Positions 47,472-59,008 of a stretch of 64,000 bases of DNA are shown piece by piece. The position numbers were made by a program, and so were the translations under genes. The DNA lies in assembly GCA_036867785.1 (NCBI GenBank), contig CP145417.1:1116001-1180000 (forward strand), written 5' to 3'. Numbering within the stretch: the stretch's first letter is position 1; each line of letters begins with the position of its first letter. Source of the stretch: Plasmodiophora brassicae (lineage: Eukaryota). Under the pieces are notes generated by a model. That model saw only the letters and a list, made by a program, of their open reading frames with translations. It was not told the origin of the DNA and searched no databases.

Positions 47472-50400
47472 TTGAGCAAGGCTCCGATATGCAGGCTGTA
47501 CTGGATCGCGGGGCCAAGACCATGCTGACCGAGTTCTTCGTGGCGAACAAGAAGATCCGGGCGGCGATCGCTAACGGCAACCCGAATAATGACAGACTCT
47601 GCACGTAAGTGCATGTCGTCGACAGGTGACACGTCTTCACGCTCATCATCATTGGTGTGCAGTTACCTGGACTTGCCCGTGTTCTACTGCTGGGATGCCA
47701 AGAAAAAGGAATGGAGGCGCCGAAAGCGCAATGACGCGGTCCTCGGCCGCATCTACACGGTTCCGGCGGGCACTGACCTGTTCTACCTGCGGATGCTGCT
47801 GAACCACGTCGTCGCCCCGGAATCTTACGATGACCTGCTCACGTTTGAAGGCGTGCACTACGACACGTTCCAGCAGGCGGCGTTCGCGAGGGGTCTCCTG
47901 GAGGACGACGCCGAGTGGGATCGCTGCCTAAACGAGGCAGCACTGTGTCAGATGCCGCGCCAAATGCGCTGGCTCTTTGCCACGCTGCTGGTGTTTGGGC
48001 ACCCTCTCGATCCGTTAGGACTCCTGCGACGGCATCTCGACAACATGTCCGAAGACAGGCGACACCTGGATCCGTTGGTGCGCTCCAGCACGGCTATTGC
48101 CGACATCGGGAGGAACCTGGAAACGCTGGGCAAAAACCTGATGGGCTTCTTCAACACGGCGGCCCTGCAGGAGTTTGGGTATCCGGAATTCATGGGCGGC
48201 GCCGGTGGCGACGCGCATGGGGAACAGCACGACGACGATGCCGGGGATGAACCTTTCGATCCGCAAGAGGTGGATAACATGAACCAAGATCAGCGCGCCG
48301 CGTTGGATCGAATCATCGCATCCGTTCGGAATCCAGCCGATTCGGAAAAAACCTTCTTTGTTGATGGCCCCGGCGGCACCGGTAAAACCACACTGTTCAC
48401 AACCTTACTGAAATTGGCCCGTTCTCAACAGGTACGTTGCCTGGCTGTGGCGTCCAGCGGCATTGCCGCCTGTCTGCTTCCCGCAGGCAGGACAGCGCAT
48501 TCTGCCCTCGCCATACCGCTGGAAATCCACGATAAGTCCACCTGCATGGTCAACGCCGAGTCCGACTTGGCGAATCGGTTACGCCGCACGTCGCTGATGG
48601 TGTACGACGAGGTGGCCATGGCCCACAGGTACGCTCCTGAGGCCGTCGACCGCACGTTGCGCGACATCAGATCCGTCGATCTGCCGAATGGAAGCATGAT
48701 CGTCGTCTACGGTGGCGACTTCAGGCAGATCCTACCGGTGATACCTGGTGGCAGCCGCAGGCAGGTGGTACAGGCCTGCCTGAAGAAGTCGTATCTCTGG
48801 CGGCACGTCAAGGTATGGGAATTGACACTGGACACCTGCTCACTACGGAATTGTTAACGGATCACAGGTGCTGCCGCTGACCATCAACATGCGTCTGCAG
48901 ACGCGTCCCGACTTCCAGCAGTACCTGCTTGACGTCGGTGAGGGGAAGTCCGGGCCAGAAGTCGTGCCGCAGCCGTGGATGCAGACGGAGGGTAACTCCA
49001 AGGAAAGCCTCATCACGGAGATCTTCAACGATCCGAATGACTTCTCAGACCGCGTCATCCTCACTGTCCGCAACGATGACGCGCAGGACATCAACCGAAA
49101 GATCACCGAAATGCTCCCTGGTGAAAAGATCTCCGTCTACAGCGCCGACAAGGTCGCTAACGACGATGACGCCGCCCTGTACCCGATTGAGTTTCTCAAC
49201 TCTCTTCTGCCGAGCGGCGTTGCTCCACACCACCTGGACCTGAAAGTCGGCCAGTACGTGATATTGTTGAGGAACTTGAACCCTGCCAGGGGGCTGTGTA
49301 ACGGGACACGGATGCAGGTGAAACAGGTGCACAGGTCCGTTCTGGCCGCCACTATCGTTGGCGGACGATTCGATGGCCAAGATGTCCTCATCCCTCGGAT
49401 CACCATGCGTTCATCCGACCCGCGACTCCCGTTTACCTTATGCAGGAGGCAGTTCCCCATCACGGGGGCTTTCGCCATGACGACCAACAAGGCTCAGGGC
49501 CAGTCCTTCGGTCGTGTTGGCGTGTGGCTTGGCCACGAAGTGTTCAGCCACGGCCAGCTGTACGTGGCACTGTCCCGTTGCCGTCACCCAGAGAACATCA
49601 GGGTCGCCGACGGCACCGGCAAACCGATCGCCAAGATGAAGAATGTCGTCTTCCGCGAAGTCTTCGATTGAGCCATCGACAGTGCATGGATAGATACGGG
49701 CAGGAGTTAAGTCCTCTGGAACTGCATGTTTGGGGTTCATGCACACTGTGCCAAACAGTGACGTCCCCCAGCCCGTATCTATTCTGCACTGCGCATTCCT
49801 CAAATCGTCGCCATGTCGGCGGGGCTGACCCACTATCAGCCGATATGAGACGATTTGTGGAATGTGTTGGCGAAGCAAAGCGAGCCCCAACCACTAGTGT
49901 ATCTCTAATGTATGCATTTAGATATATTTGTGATACAATGAGACAAATGTATCTGCGCTGCATCACTTGTCAGATACGTTGCTGATACATCGAGCAAAAA
50001 CGTAACTCCGCTGCATCGGATTTCGGTCCAGTGAAGGACATCCAGCAGATGTGCCAGCAGTGTCTTCATTGCATCACGACGCGGGGAGGAGCGAAGGTTC
50101 CGCGTCCGCTTTGAGAAGCGTTGCATGGCCACATTCCATTCGAGGTCCTGCACATGGATTACTTGTACGTCGAACCAGTTCGAGGTACCGATCACTCTTA
50201 CAAGTACATCCTCGTGATGAAGGACGCCTTCAGTGTCTCGTCCGATTGATTCCATGCGCCGATGCGATCTGCCGAGTTGCGGCAGAGGCACTATTCCAAT
50301 GGATTGCCGACTCCAAAACACCACAATATCTTGTCACCGATGGCGGATCTCACTTTACCGCCGAACTCATCAAGGAGCTGACCAGGCTGCGAGACGTCGA

Positions 50401-52488
50401 GCATCATATAACGTTGGCGTACTGTCCATGGGCAAACGGGACTGTTGAACGCGCCAATCGCACTATCGTTGGCATCCTACGAAGCGTTCTGAGTGAGGGG
50501 CAGATCAGCACGCACAGCTGGCCCTACCTCTGCCCATTGGTGCAAAACGCCATCAACCATTCGCCGAGCACGCGCCTCGGAGGTTTCGCGCCGTTCACGG
50601 TCGTCACCAAGTTGAAACCCGAGCACCCTCTGGACAACATCTGGGATCCGGCATGCAATCAGCTGCGGCCGATCTCTCCGGGATGGGTGGCGACGTACCT
50701 GTCAGCACTGCAGACCGTTATGGACGAACTCCATAAGGTCGTCGATGAAGCCAGGGAGGCGAGGCACGCGTCCAATGTACGGCAACGCTCGCGACACGTG
50801 AGGAAGGCCCAATGCGAGTCATTCATTCCGGGCGACTACGTCTTGAACGCGAAGCCCGTCCCCGGACCCGCACAGAAGTTGATTGCGCAGTGGCGCGGCC
50901 CCTACCGAGTTGTTCAACGCGTCAATGACCAGGTCTACGAACTCGAAGACCTGTTGACTGCACGGCGCTTTCAAGCGCACACGCAACGCATCCGCCGCTA
51001 TGCGGACGCCGATCTCAACATCACCACCGAAATCAAGCAGCACCTTGAGCGGCTTGACCAGCAGTTCCACGTTGACGACCTTCTCGATTGTCGTATCGAT
51101 CGCGAAACTCAGGAGTTGCAGATCAAAGTCGCTTGGTCCGGCTTCGACCCATCTGAGGCTACTTGGGAGCCTGCAGCACTTATCGCCGAAGATGTACCGC
51201 AGCTTGTGGAACAACTTATTCGGAAACTGGGCGATACTCATGCACACGTCGCTGCAATGAGGCAATTGATTCCGGCGCCGAAACGCTCTCGCACTCGGAA
51301 TGCAACATCGCATCGAAAGAAGCGACGATCTTAACCTGTACCATCACCCTGAATTAATCTCGATACCGTATCTGTTCGCGGGTGGACGATACGATGATGA
51401 TCATGATCATGGATTGGTCTGTCATGACAATCCAACCTGGTTGACGGCAACGTAACCATGGTTCGACTTGGCTGGTTGCTTTGGGCACCACGGTCGGTTT
51501 TGACTTGGCTGGTTGCTCGGTGCACCACGGTCAAAGTTCGGTTCGACTTGGCTGGTTGCCCACGGGACCACGGTCGATTTGACCTGGCTGGTTGCCATGT
51601 GCACCACGGTCAATGTTGTTCGATGGACTACGTGCTGTCCATCTCGCGAGGCATTCGGCAGCATCTATTAAGTTCCTCTTCACCGCAGGATTGACTCTGT
51701 CAGGGAGTACTGATGTCGAGGCTCCTGTTGCGCTGGGGGTCCACCCATGGGGGTCGGCCGCTGAGCTAGGTGAATGACACTTTCTAGATGTATATGGACC
51801 GGGCTCCACCCATGGGGGTCGAGCGCACCATTGCTGATGTCGTCGTTTGCTACTTTGCATTCTATCAAGGTACCCGAGGTTCTTTGATACGCTAAATCGT
51901 GTATGCATAGGTGGAAGACGGTCTCGAAGAGGGTGTCCGTAAATGGATTTTCCACCGATTTGTCCCATGGGGTTACAAGGTGGTTTTTAGTGAGTAGTGG
52001 GTGTTCTGCACTCGAGTCTCACACTACCCTACGTCTTCGTCCGTCATTCTCCTCTCGACTGCTCCTCTGACTCCGGTTCTGAGTTCGGGAAAAGGCAGTG
52101 TAGTCCGGGGCCCTATATTTAGCTCCTCGTCACCTACGTCAGCATCAGCATCCTCCAGATATTCACATGCGCCAGAGATTCATGTGTCGAGATATGCGGG
52201 GATCGAGAGCACGCGATCACGTGCGCCGCTGATGGGAGAGCGGGGTACGGGATCGATGGTGGATAAACGGCATTCGTCTATTGTGTCACCCGAGGCTTGA
52301 CGGAAGACACTATAATACTCATGCACACGTCGCTGCATTGAGGCATTTGATTCCGGCGCCGAAACGCTCTCGCACTCGGAATGCAACATCGCATCGAAAG
52401 AAGCGACGATCTTAACCTGTACCATCACTCTGAATTAATCTCGATACCGTATCTGTTCCCGGGTGGACGATACGATGATGATCATGGT

Positions 52489-52674
52489 TGTAGAGCGGGG
52501 CTCTATATTTAGCGTCTCGTGCCCGACCTCAAGATGCTGCTGTCCTGAGGAGGGGTCCTGCTGTCCTGAGGAAAGGGGCCTGCACGGATTTAGCTCCACA
52601 GTGATGGCATGGCCGACGCCGTGGATGGGGTGGATGATAAAGCTGATTGGGATATTGGCTCGAGACTGACTACA
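52489..52674 (+). repeat. Solo LTR-like unit, preceded by a duplicate (52315-52488) of the Gypsy D pol end
   Basis: Matches 18796-18983 in opposite orientation. Confidence 0.8.
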
Positions 52675-53793
52675 GGAACAAGACGGCGCTCTCGGAATCG
52701 GCCATGCGTTTGGCGACGCGGGACGGCGCCAAGGCCCACGCCGAGCTGCTAATGAAATGGTGCGATGACAACCATATTAAAATCAACTGGGACAAGACGG
52801 TAATATTTTTTAACGAGTACAACCCGGACGACGCTCTTAAAACAAACAAAGCCAGTATAAGGACAGCACCGGAGGTCAAATACCTAGGAATCACAGTAAG
52901 GGCTAATGAGGAAACCAAACACGGTATGATGATGATTGACCTTAATGGTGTAGCGGCCAGCATAAAACAAAAGAAGCAAAGTAGTCAGGTCGCTGCTAAA
53001 GTACAACTTCCCAATTAAAATATACCACCAAATATGCACAGGATTTATCGGGGGCAAACTAAATTACTACATGCCGATACTTGGGGCAGAAACAGGTAAA
53101 GAAATGAAAAGTGCCGTCAAGCCCCTAGAAACAGCTTACAACGAGTACATGAGGACATAATACTCAGGAGCTTTCAGATCCACACCAATTCCCCTTCTAC
53201 ACGCAATGACTGGATTTCCGCTATTACGAGACGCGATATGCACAAGCGCTACCATGACAGTCCTGTCAGCAATTGCCAATGACACCCTGCTAGGTAGAAA
53301 ATACAGCACTTGGGACGGTGAGGATGATGGATGGAGCCCGCTAGGAATAGTGGGGAATACCCTCAACGAGGACATGCCCAGGACGTACACTGAAGTACAT
53401 CCGAAAGTAAAGCTAAGTGAACAGACACTAGAAAAACTCTATCAGGTGCAATTCCACACGAGTTCTAGAGCCGAAGCGATCGATAAACACCTCACAGACG
53501 AGCTACTACCCCCAGAATCACCTATAGAAGCCTGACCCCTGGGGAGAACGCAGGCGCTCGTCATAGACAACAGGGAGTACCCGCCCACTGAAACAGTGAG
53601 AGAAACCGCTCTAAACCCGGTCATCGTCCGCTCCAGCTACGAAACAGAACTCATTGCATTAGGATGCGGACTGGACGTCGCCATCGATGAGAACTTCAAT
53701 GACACCAAAGTACACTTCCCCACTATTCCTAGGGGGCTCCATCCATCTCCCTCACCGTCCCATGTGCTGTATTCTCTACCTAGCAGGGTGTCA
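52675..53793 (+). pseudogene. Non-LTR retrotransposon (LINE) RT-thumb/RNase H fragment
   Basis: KWCDDNHIKINWDKT, VKYLGITV, SGAFRSTPIPLL, SSYETELIAL; AT-richer; ends in an inverted ~80-bp copy. Confidence 0.8.
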
Positions 53794-55711
53794 AATGGCA
53801 GGAGGTGGCCGCAGAGCGCCCGTTCGTCTACAGATGGAGGACGACGCCAGGACCGACTCCGACGCCGAGGCCAAGGAGCATGAACCGTCGACAGATGACG
53901 GAATCGATCGAGGGCTTCAGTCAACAAACCTGCACGGTAAGAGCCAGATCTTTATGCCTTTGAAACCGCCCATCCTACGTACCCTGAGCCTTACGGCCAA
54001 GGACGGAATTAACGATTTCCTCAAGAAATAAAGGAAACACGTCGAGATCGTTAATGAGCGCCGACTGATCTACAAGGAGGATATTCATCCGCCAACGGTG
54101 AAGTCATGCATTACCGAGGACGTCCTCAAAGCGATGTCGAAATATTGCCTACGTCAACCCGCCAGCACGATCACGGATGGCGACATCATGGGCTACTTGA
54201 GGTCAGTCCAACGCAGGGAGGCTGATGTCGAGAGTTCGACAGACATCAAGGCGCTTCTCACGAAGACAGTGGTCATGATCCTGTCAATCAAGAACATTGA
54301 GGAACGTGTCACATCTTTCTTCGCCAAGTTCGATGAGCTAATCGACGACTATGGGCTACAAGACATGAGAAGCGCCTTGATGTCTGTCGAACTCTCGACA
54401 TCAGCCTCCTTGCGTTGGACTGACCTCAAGTAGCCAATATTGATGTCGCCATCCGTGATCGTGCTGGCGGGTTGACGTAGGCGATATTTCGACAGGACGT
54501 CCTCGGTAATGCATGACTTCACCGTTGGCGGATGAATATCCTCCTTGTAGATCAGTCGGCGCTCATTAACGATCTCGACGTGTTTCCTTTATTTCTTGAG
54601 GAAATCGTTAATTCCGTCCTTGGCCGTAAAGCTTGTAGACCGGACCGCCAACTAGGCCACAAGAGCAGCTGCTCTCGTGGCCTAGTGGGCGGTCCGGTCT
54701 ACAAAACATCTCACCGGGGAAGCTCGAGCCCCCCGACGATCGAGCGATGTCCGCCGCCTACCCGTGTAGACGACTCGCAGACCTGCTCTCGTGCCTGGCG
54801 CGTCCGTACTATCTACCATCCTCCCCAAAACTCTCCGTCCACGGCGGACTTCGAGGAGGCTCGAACTCCCGTCGGTGAGATGTTTTGTAGACCGGACCGC
54901 CCACTAGGCCACGAGAGCTCTCGTGGCCTAGTGGGCGGTCCGGTCTACAAGCTCAGGGTACGTAGGATGGGCGGTTTCAAAGGCATAAAGATCGGGCTCT
55001 TACCGTGCAGGTTTGTTGACTGAAGACCTCGATCGATTCCGTCATCTGCCGACGATTCATGCTCCTTAGCCTCGGCGTCGGAGTTGGTCCTGGCGTCATC
55101 CACTCATCCTCCATCTGTAGACGAACGGGCGCTCTGCGGCCACCTCCTGCCATTAAGTGAGTTTGTTTGCTTGGGGCTCTTTGCTGATCGTATCTCAGAT
55201 GTACACGCCCAGCGCTTAAAGGTCTATGCAGATGCGCACCTGAATGTCACCTCTTCACTGAAGCAGAACACCGCGCTCACCGGTGTGGCTTACCAAGTCA
55301 ACGCAGTCGAGGACATTCGAGTCAATTCTACGTCAGGTGACACTGAACTACTGATCAACTGGATCGGATTCGATGCCACCGACAATTCATGGGAACCTTA
55401 TTCGGTCATGGCGGCCGATGTTCCTGATATCGTCAGGGCCTTACCTCGAACGACAAGCCGAAGGAGACCCGCTCTGCTCACGACTGTTAGCAGATTTCTA
55501 ACACGGAGAGTGTTCATCCAGAGTACCAGTACTACTCAGATGCTGCTGCTCAGATGCTGCTGCCACCCGGTCACATGATCATGACCGTACTCGACCCCGC
55601 AGCGGCCCTTGCGCAGTGACGATCCTATCCAAATACATCAGTTTTTATATCACCAGGCGCCGACTCTTGCGACCGACCGTCCCCGTAGTGGGCAGCGGCG
55701 GCGTTAGCACA
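53794..55711. mobile_element. Scrambled derivative of the 42136-47471 Gypsy: gag start, inverted gag copy, pol tail, LTR 55511-55711
   Basis: Direct sequence matches to 42374-42950 (both orientations) and 46950-47471. Confidence 0.9.
54634..54949. mobile_element. 316-bp non-autonomous element with palindromic termini
   Basis: TGTAG...CTACA ends, 4-bp TSD AGCT; each end is itself a 64-70 bp palindrome. Confidence 0.85.
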
Positions 55712-56081
55712 CTAGATAAACAGACTGCATATTGCTAGACTGGAGGGCGACACAGGTACGCGATTGCGCATCACAGAGCTAGGACCACCAGCCACATACA
55801 CGGTGCCCATTTCAACTGTTTGTCGTACGTGTAGGCAGTTCTGTCTCAGCGATGCACACGTAGCCCACCGCCAGAAGATCAAATGTACGTTTCAAGTGAA
55901 TTGCGTGTGGGGAAGGGGCGTGATGGGCAGCTAGTAGCTGGTCCTTTATTCTTGTCGGTCTCCCTACCATCACGGGATACGGGGTTCATGGCTGGCACCA
56001 AACCGCATTATTCGTAGCCGCCGCGTGGTACAGACTGTCCACCCGTACCGGTGCTAGGGGAGAATGCAATCGGCACGTCTA

Positions 56082-56771
56082 CTACTGTTGATGTACATTA
56101 TCGTTGGCAGCAGCAGTCGCATCGGGAGCGGGCAGATCGTCCTGCAGCAAGAGACGTAGAAATCGGGGTGTCTTCAGCAGGCGAATGGGCGGATGCGTCA
56201 TGCCCGGGAACACGTCGTTAAGGAAGTAGTAGACGTGGCCGACGATGATGCCGAGAATGTCGACGAGGCCATTGCCGCCGAGCACCATGGAGAAGGTCAG
56301 GAGCACCCAGGGCAGGTACGGCGCCGTAAATTGGAATAGGCCCAGGAAGTTCATCTGCGCCATGTGGTTGCGACGACTCCACACGTAGACCATCATGAAC
56401 GTGAGCGATGAGCCCAGGAAAGTCAGCCGCAGGGCCGGCCCGAGGACGAGCATCAGGATCGCCCCGAACAGGATCATGGTGGCGAAATCGGCGCGCCGCC
56501 CCCGATAGGACGACGACTCGAGCGACCCGCAGTACCGGACCAGGAAGAACATGTGGAATATGAAATCGATGGAGAACTTGGACCCGAAGAACACGAACGT
56601 GGTCAGCAGCCGCCAGATCTGCCCGCCGCCGACGACGGACGCCCACGACATGTACAGCGAGTACGGCGACACGAGGTCGAGCGTGCAGAGCGCCGTGCAG
56701 GCGACAGCGGCGCCGACGTAGGCTCGCGTGACGGGCGGTATACGAGCGATCTCGTCGCCGATGCCGGCCAT
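56082..56771 (-). CDS. DER1: Derlin (Der1-like ERAD membrane protein), 229 aa
   Basis: IPPVTR, QIWRLLT, FLVRYCGSLE, VYVWSRRN, APYLPWV, GIIVGHVYYFL; intronless. Confidence 0.95.
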   Translation of the reverse strand: MAGIGDEIARIPPVTRAYVGAAVACTALCTLDLVSPYSLYMSWASVVGGGQIWRLLTTFVFFGSKFSIDFIFHMFFLVRYCGSLESSSYRGRRADFATMILFGAILMLVLGPALRLTFLGSSLTFMMVYVWSRRNHMAQMNFLGLFQFTAPYLPWVLLTFSMVLGGNGLVDILGIIVGHVYYFLNDVFPGMTHPPIRLLKTPRFLRLLLQDDLPAPDATAAANDNVHQQ

Positions 56772-56971
56772 CGTGCCGCGCGCGGGAACTGTCAGGACAA
56801 CGCGGCACACCGCGACGACGACCGGCCCACAAGTCCGTGGCTCGGCGCCCCGTCGGCCGTCGCCCACACCGACCTCTTCGGCCACTACTGCAGTCGACTG
56901 CACGGTACAGGGCCGCTCCTACAGGCCCCCGCAGACGCAGAACCATTTACACACAGTGGGCGCCTGCCCGT

Positions 56972-59008
56972 TTACTTCTTCCTGCGTGCCTGGACCAGCT
57001 GGCGGAGCTGTTGCTGCCCGGCGCCGGCACCATCGACAGCGGCACCGCGCAGCGCACGACGCAGGCGTTGCCGGGCGTCGGCGTGCGCGTCGCTCTCCAT
57101 GATGGCTACCATGATCCAGGCGGCGCAGGTCGACACCAGGTCGGCGGCGTTGCCGACCACGTATTCGACGACGCATGCGGCGACGTCCTCGGGGCCTTCC
57201 TTGACGAACGACTTCAGGATGCGGTGCGCGGCCGGATCCGTGCACAGCTGCCGGGCGACCGACGGGGCCGCCATCAGGTCGCGCATCAGCTCCGCCGACA
57301 TGCCCGACGTGACGATCGGGGCGTTGCCGCGATGGCACGCGATCGGTGCGGCACTGGGCACGGCGGCCCGCAGCTCGTCGCGAAGATGGGGCACCAGGTT
57401 CGTCCGCAACTCCTTCAGCCGCGTCTCCATGTCCTTCTTGCTGGACGCGGCGTGGCCCGGTCGGGGCGGGATGACATCGCGCTCCTCAGCTGTCGAGAAC
57501 GATCCCGACAGGACGGCCAGCAGCACGAGCCGGCCGGATGGCGACAGGGCCAGCTCGACCAGACGGCCGTACAGCTCGCCGAGGATCGACTTCTGCGACA
57601 GGACCGTGTCATCCAGGACGAGCAGGGCCTTCATAACGGCCAGGTACCCGTCACCATCCAGGCACATCTCCATGACCTACAACATTGCAGCAGACCGGTC
57701 AGCAGGGGCAATTGGAGGCAGACGGCGCGCGACACGGTCCCGAACCTTCCCCTTCCAGGACTTGACAATGGCCTTGCGCAGCTTACTGCTGGAGTACTCG
57801 ATCAGGTGGCAGACGGCGATGACGCCATCGTGGGTGCCCATCAGCTCCAGGGAGCGATCCTTGAACAGATCGCAGAGAGACTCACGGCCGGCCTCGCAGT
57901 GGCTCATGTACTGCCACAGGAGCGCATGCATCGTCGACAGGTGGACGACCTCCTTCTCGACGCACTTCTCGACCGCGCTTCGCACGCTGGCGGCGACCTC
58001 CTCGCCGCCCTCCTGCTTGATCGCATCGGCGAATTTCATCGTGTCCGTGTTCAGCGCCAGAAACCGTTTGCCTGGACGACATGGTCAGCTAGCGATAGAC
58101 ATTGGAAAGGAGAGCGGCCGTGACTGTACCGAAGAACTCGCAGGCGAGCGCGTCACGTTGGGTCTGGTTCGTACCCGCCCGCCAGAGCATGTCGAGGACA
58201 CGGAAGCCAATGCGGTGGAACGCGAGTTCGCGGGCATGGCCCTTGACCGCATCGTAGACACCGGCGACACCATATCGAATAAGCTTGAGGACGACATGGA
58301 CGGCGTACACATGGCAGGACAGCGTCAGGAGATGCGGGCGCAGAGCGTCCATGATCCGCTTTCGTTGCGACTTGTCGCCGTACTTGATGCACTGCTGCAG
58401 CAGCATGGCGACATTGCGCTTCACCGCAATCTCAGACATCTTGTCCTTCAGTGCTATCAGGACCGCTTCAACTCGGGCATGCCGTTCGGATGCCTGTACA
58501 AAAAGTGAGTCGTGCAGGACGGCGCGAACGGCAGATGTATGCGCGCCCACCGGTGCAGATTTGATAGGAGAATGTCCCCAGGCGCGGATAGCCTCCTCAA
58601 CAGTATCAGCATGCGCCCGTTGCATCTTGCGGGTTTTGGCACGTTCCTTCTGCTCTGCGCGGCTGTTCTTCGAACGACTGGATTCGCCACGCTTCGTACC
58701 CACGGCGGCGCCCTCAACGGATTCTTCGTCGTCACACCCGCTGCCTTCGTTGTCGACATCGGCGCTTTCCTCGTCCGTTACACCTTCATTGTCGTTATCA
58801 TCATCATCGTCATCATCGCCGACCAGGACAGCGATCTCGTCTGCGAACCCGACGTCATCGTCGTCGTCATCTACCGATACACCTGTCAGACCGCTGAGAC
58901 GTCGCAGTACGACGCTTGTACAGTACCTGTGTGCGTTGCGTCGACGGCGTAGCCCTCGTACGCCTCAACGACGTTGTCGTTGTCGTCAAGGACCTCGACA
59001 ACGGCCAT
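56972..59008 (-). CDS. Pumilio-homology Puf6/PUM3-like nucleolar RNA-binding protein, multi-exon
   Basis: Acidic/basic N-terminus; LQQCIKYG, HVYAVHVVLKLIRYG, THDG...RKAIVKSWK, LDDT, SSKKDMETRLKEL (CPL-like); short introns. Confidence 0.85.

Larger units (their letters stand above)
40086..49671 (+). pseudogene. Helitron Rep/helicase (HUH endonuclease plus Pif1-family helicase), multi-exon, disrupted
   Basis: PDLFITMTCNPK* (premature stop), EFQKRGLPHAH, KYLHKYVFKG, DGPGGTGKT, GDFRQILPV, MTTNKAQGQS, HGQLYVALSR; interrupted by a Gypsy. Confidence 0.95.
39809..49897 (+). mobile_element. Helitron
   Basis: A|TC 5' end and CTAG|T 3' end preceded by an imperfect GC hairpin; removal recreates host repeat GAATGTATCT; encodes Rep/Hel. 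Confidence 0.85.
35860..50033 (+). mobile_element. CACTA element C (internally deleted), containing a Helitron
   Basis: TIRs CACTGGACCGAA-x-GATGCA at both ends, 3-bp TSD AAG, AATGTATC/GATACAT subterminal arrays at ~35880-36190 and ~49898-50010. Confidence 0.93.
31357..52314 (+). mobile_element. Decayed Gypsy D, host of nested insertions; own pieces at 31357-32525, 34615-35859, 50034-52314; 3' LTR 52099-52314
   Basis: Pol reads through both insertion sites (FDDMKD/HLLIWIDD and GMDK/DIQQMCQQCLHC); integrase and chromodomain to 51334; PPT GGGAAAAGGCAG. Confidence 0.88.

Noticed and set aside
35860-50033. CACTA-Helitron hybrid system with Rep/Hel as a native gene
   Set aside because: Helitron termini are identifiable and their removal restores a host repeat, so this is ordinary nesting
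51531-51968. env-like or antisense protein in the Gypsy 3' UTR
   Set aside because: Frames are broken differently in the three copies and show no TM or env features; treated as non-coding pending analysis
56553-58508. 651-aa plus-strand ORF and other long overlapping ORFs at 56-64 kb
   Set aside because: Antisense shadows of GC3-rich real genes
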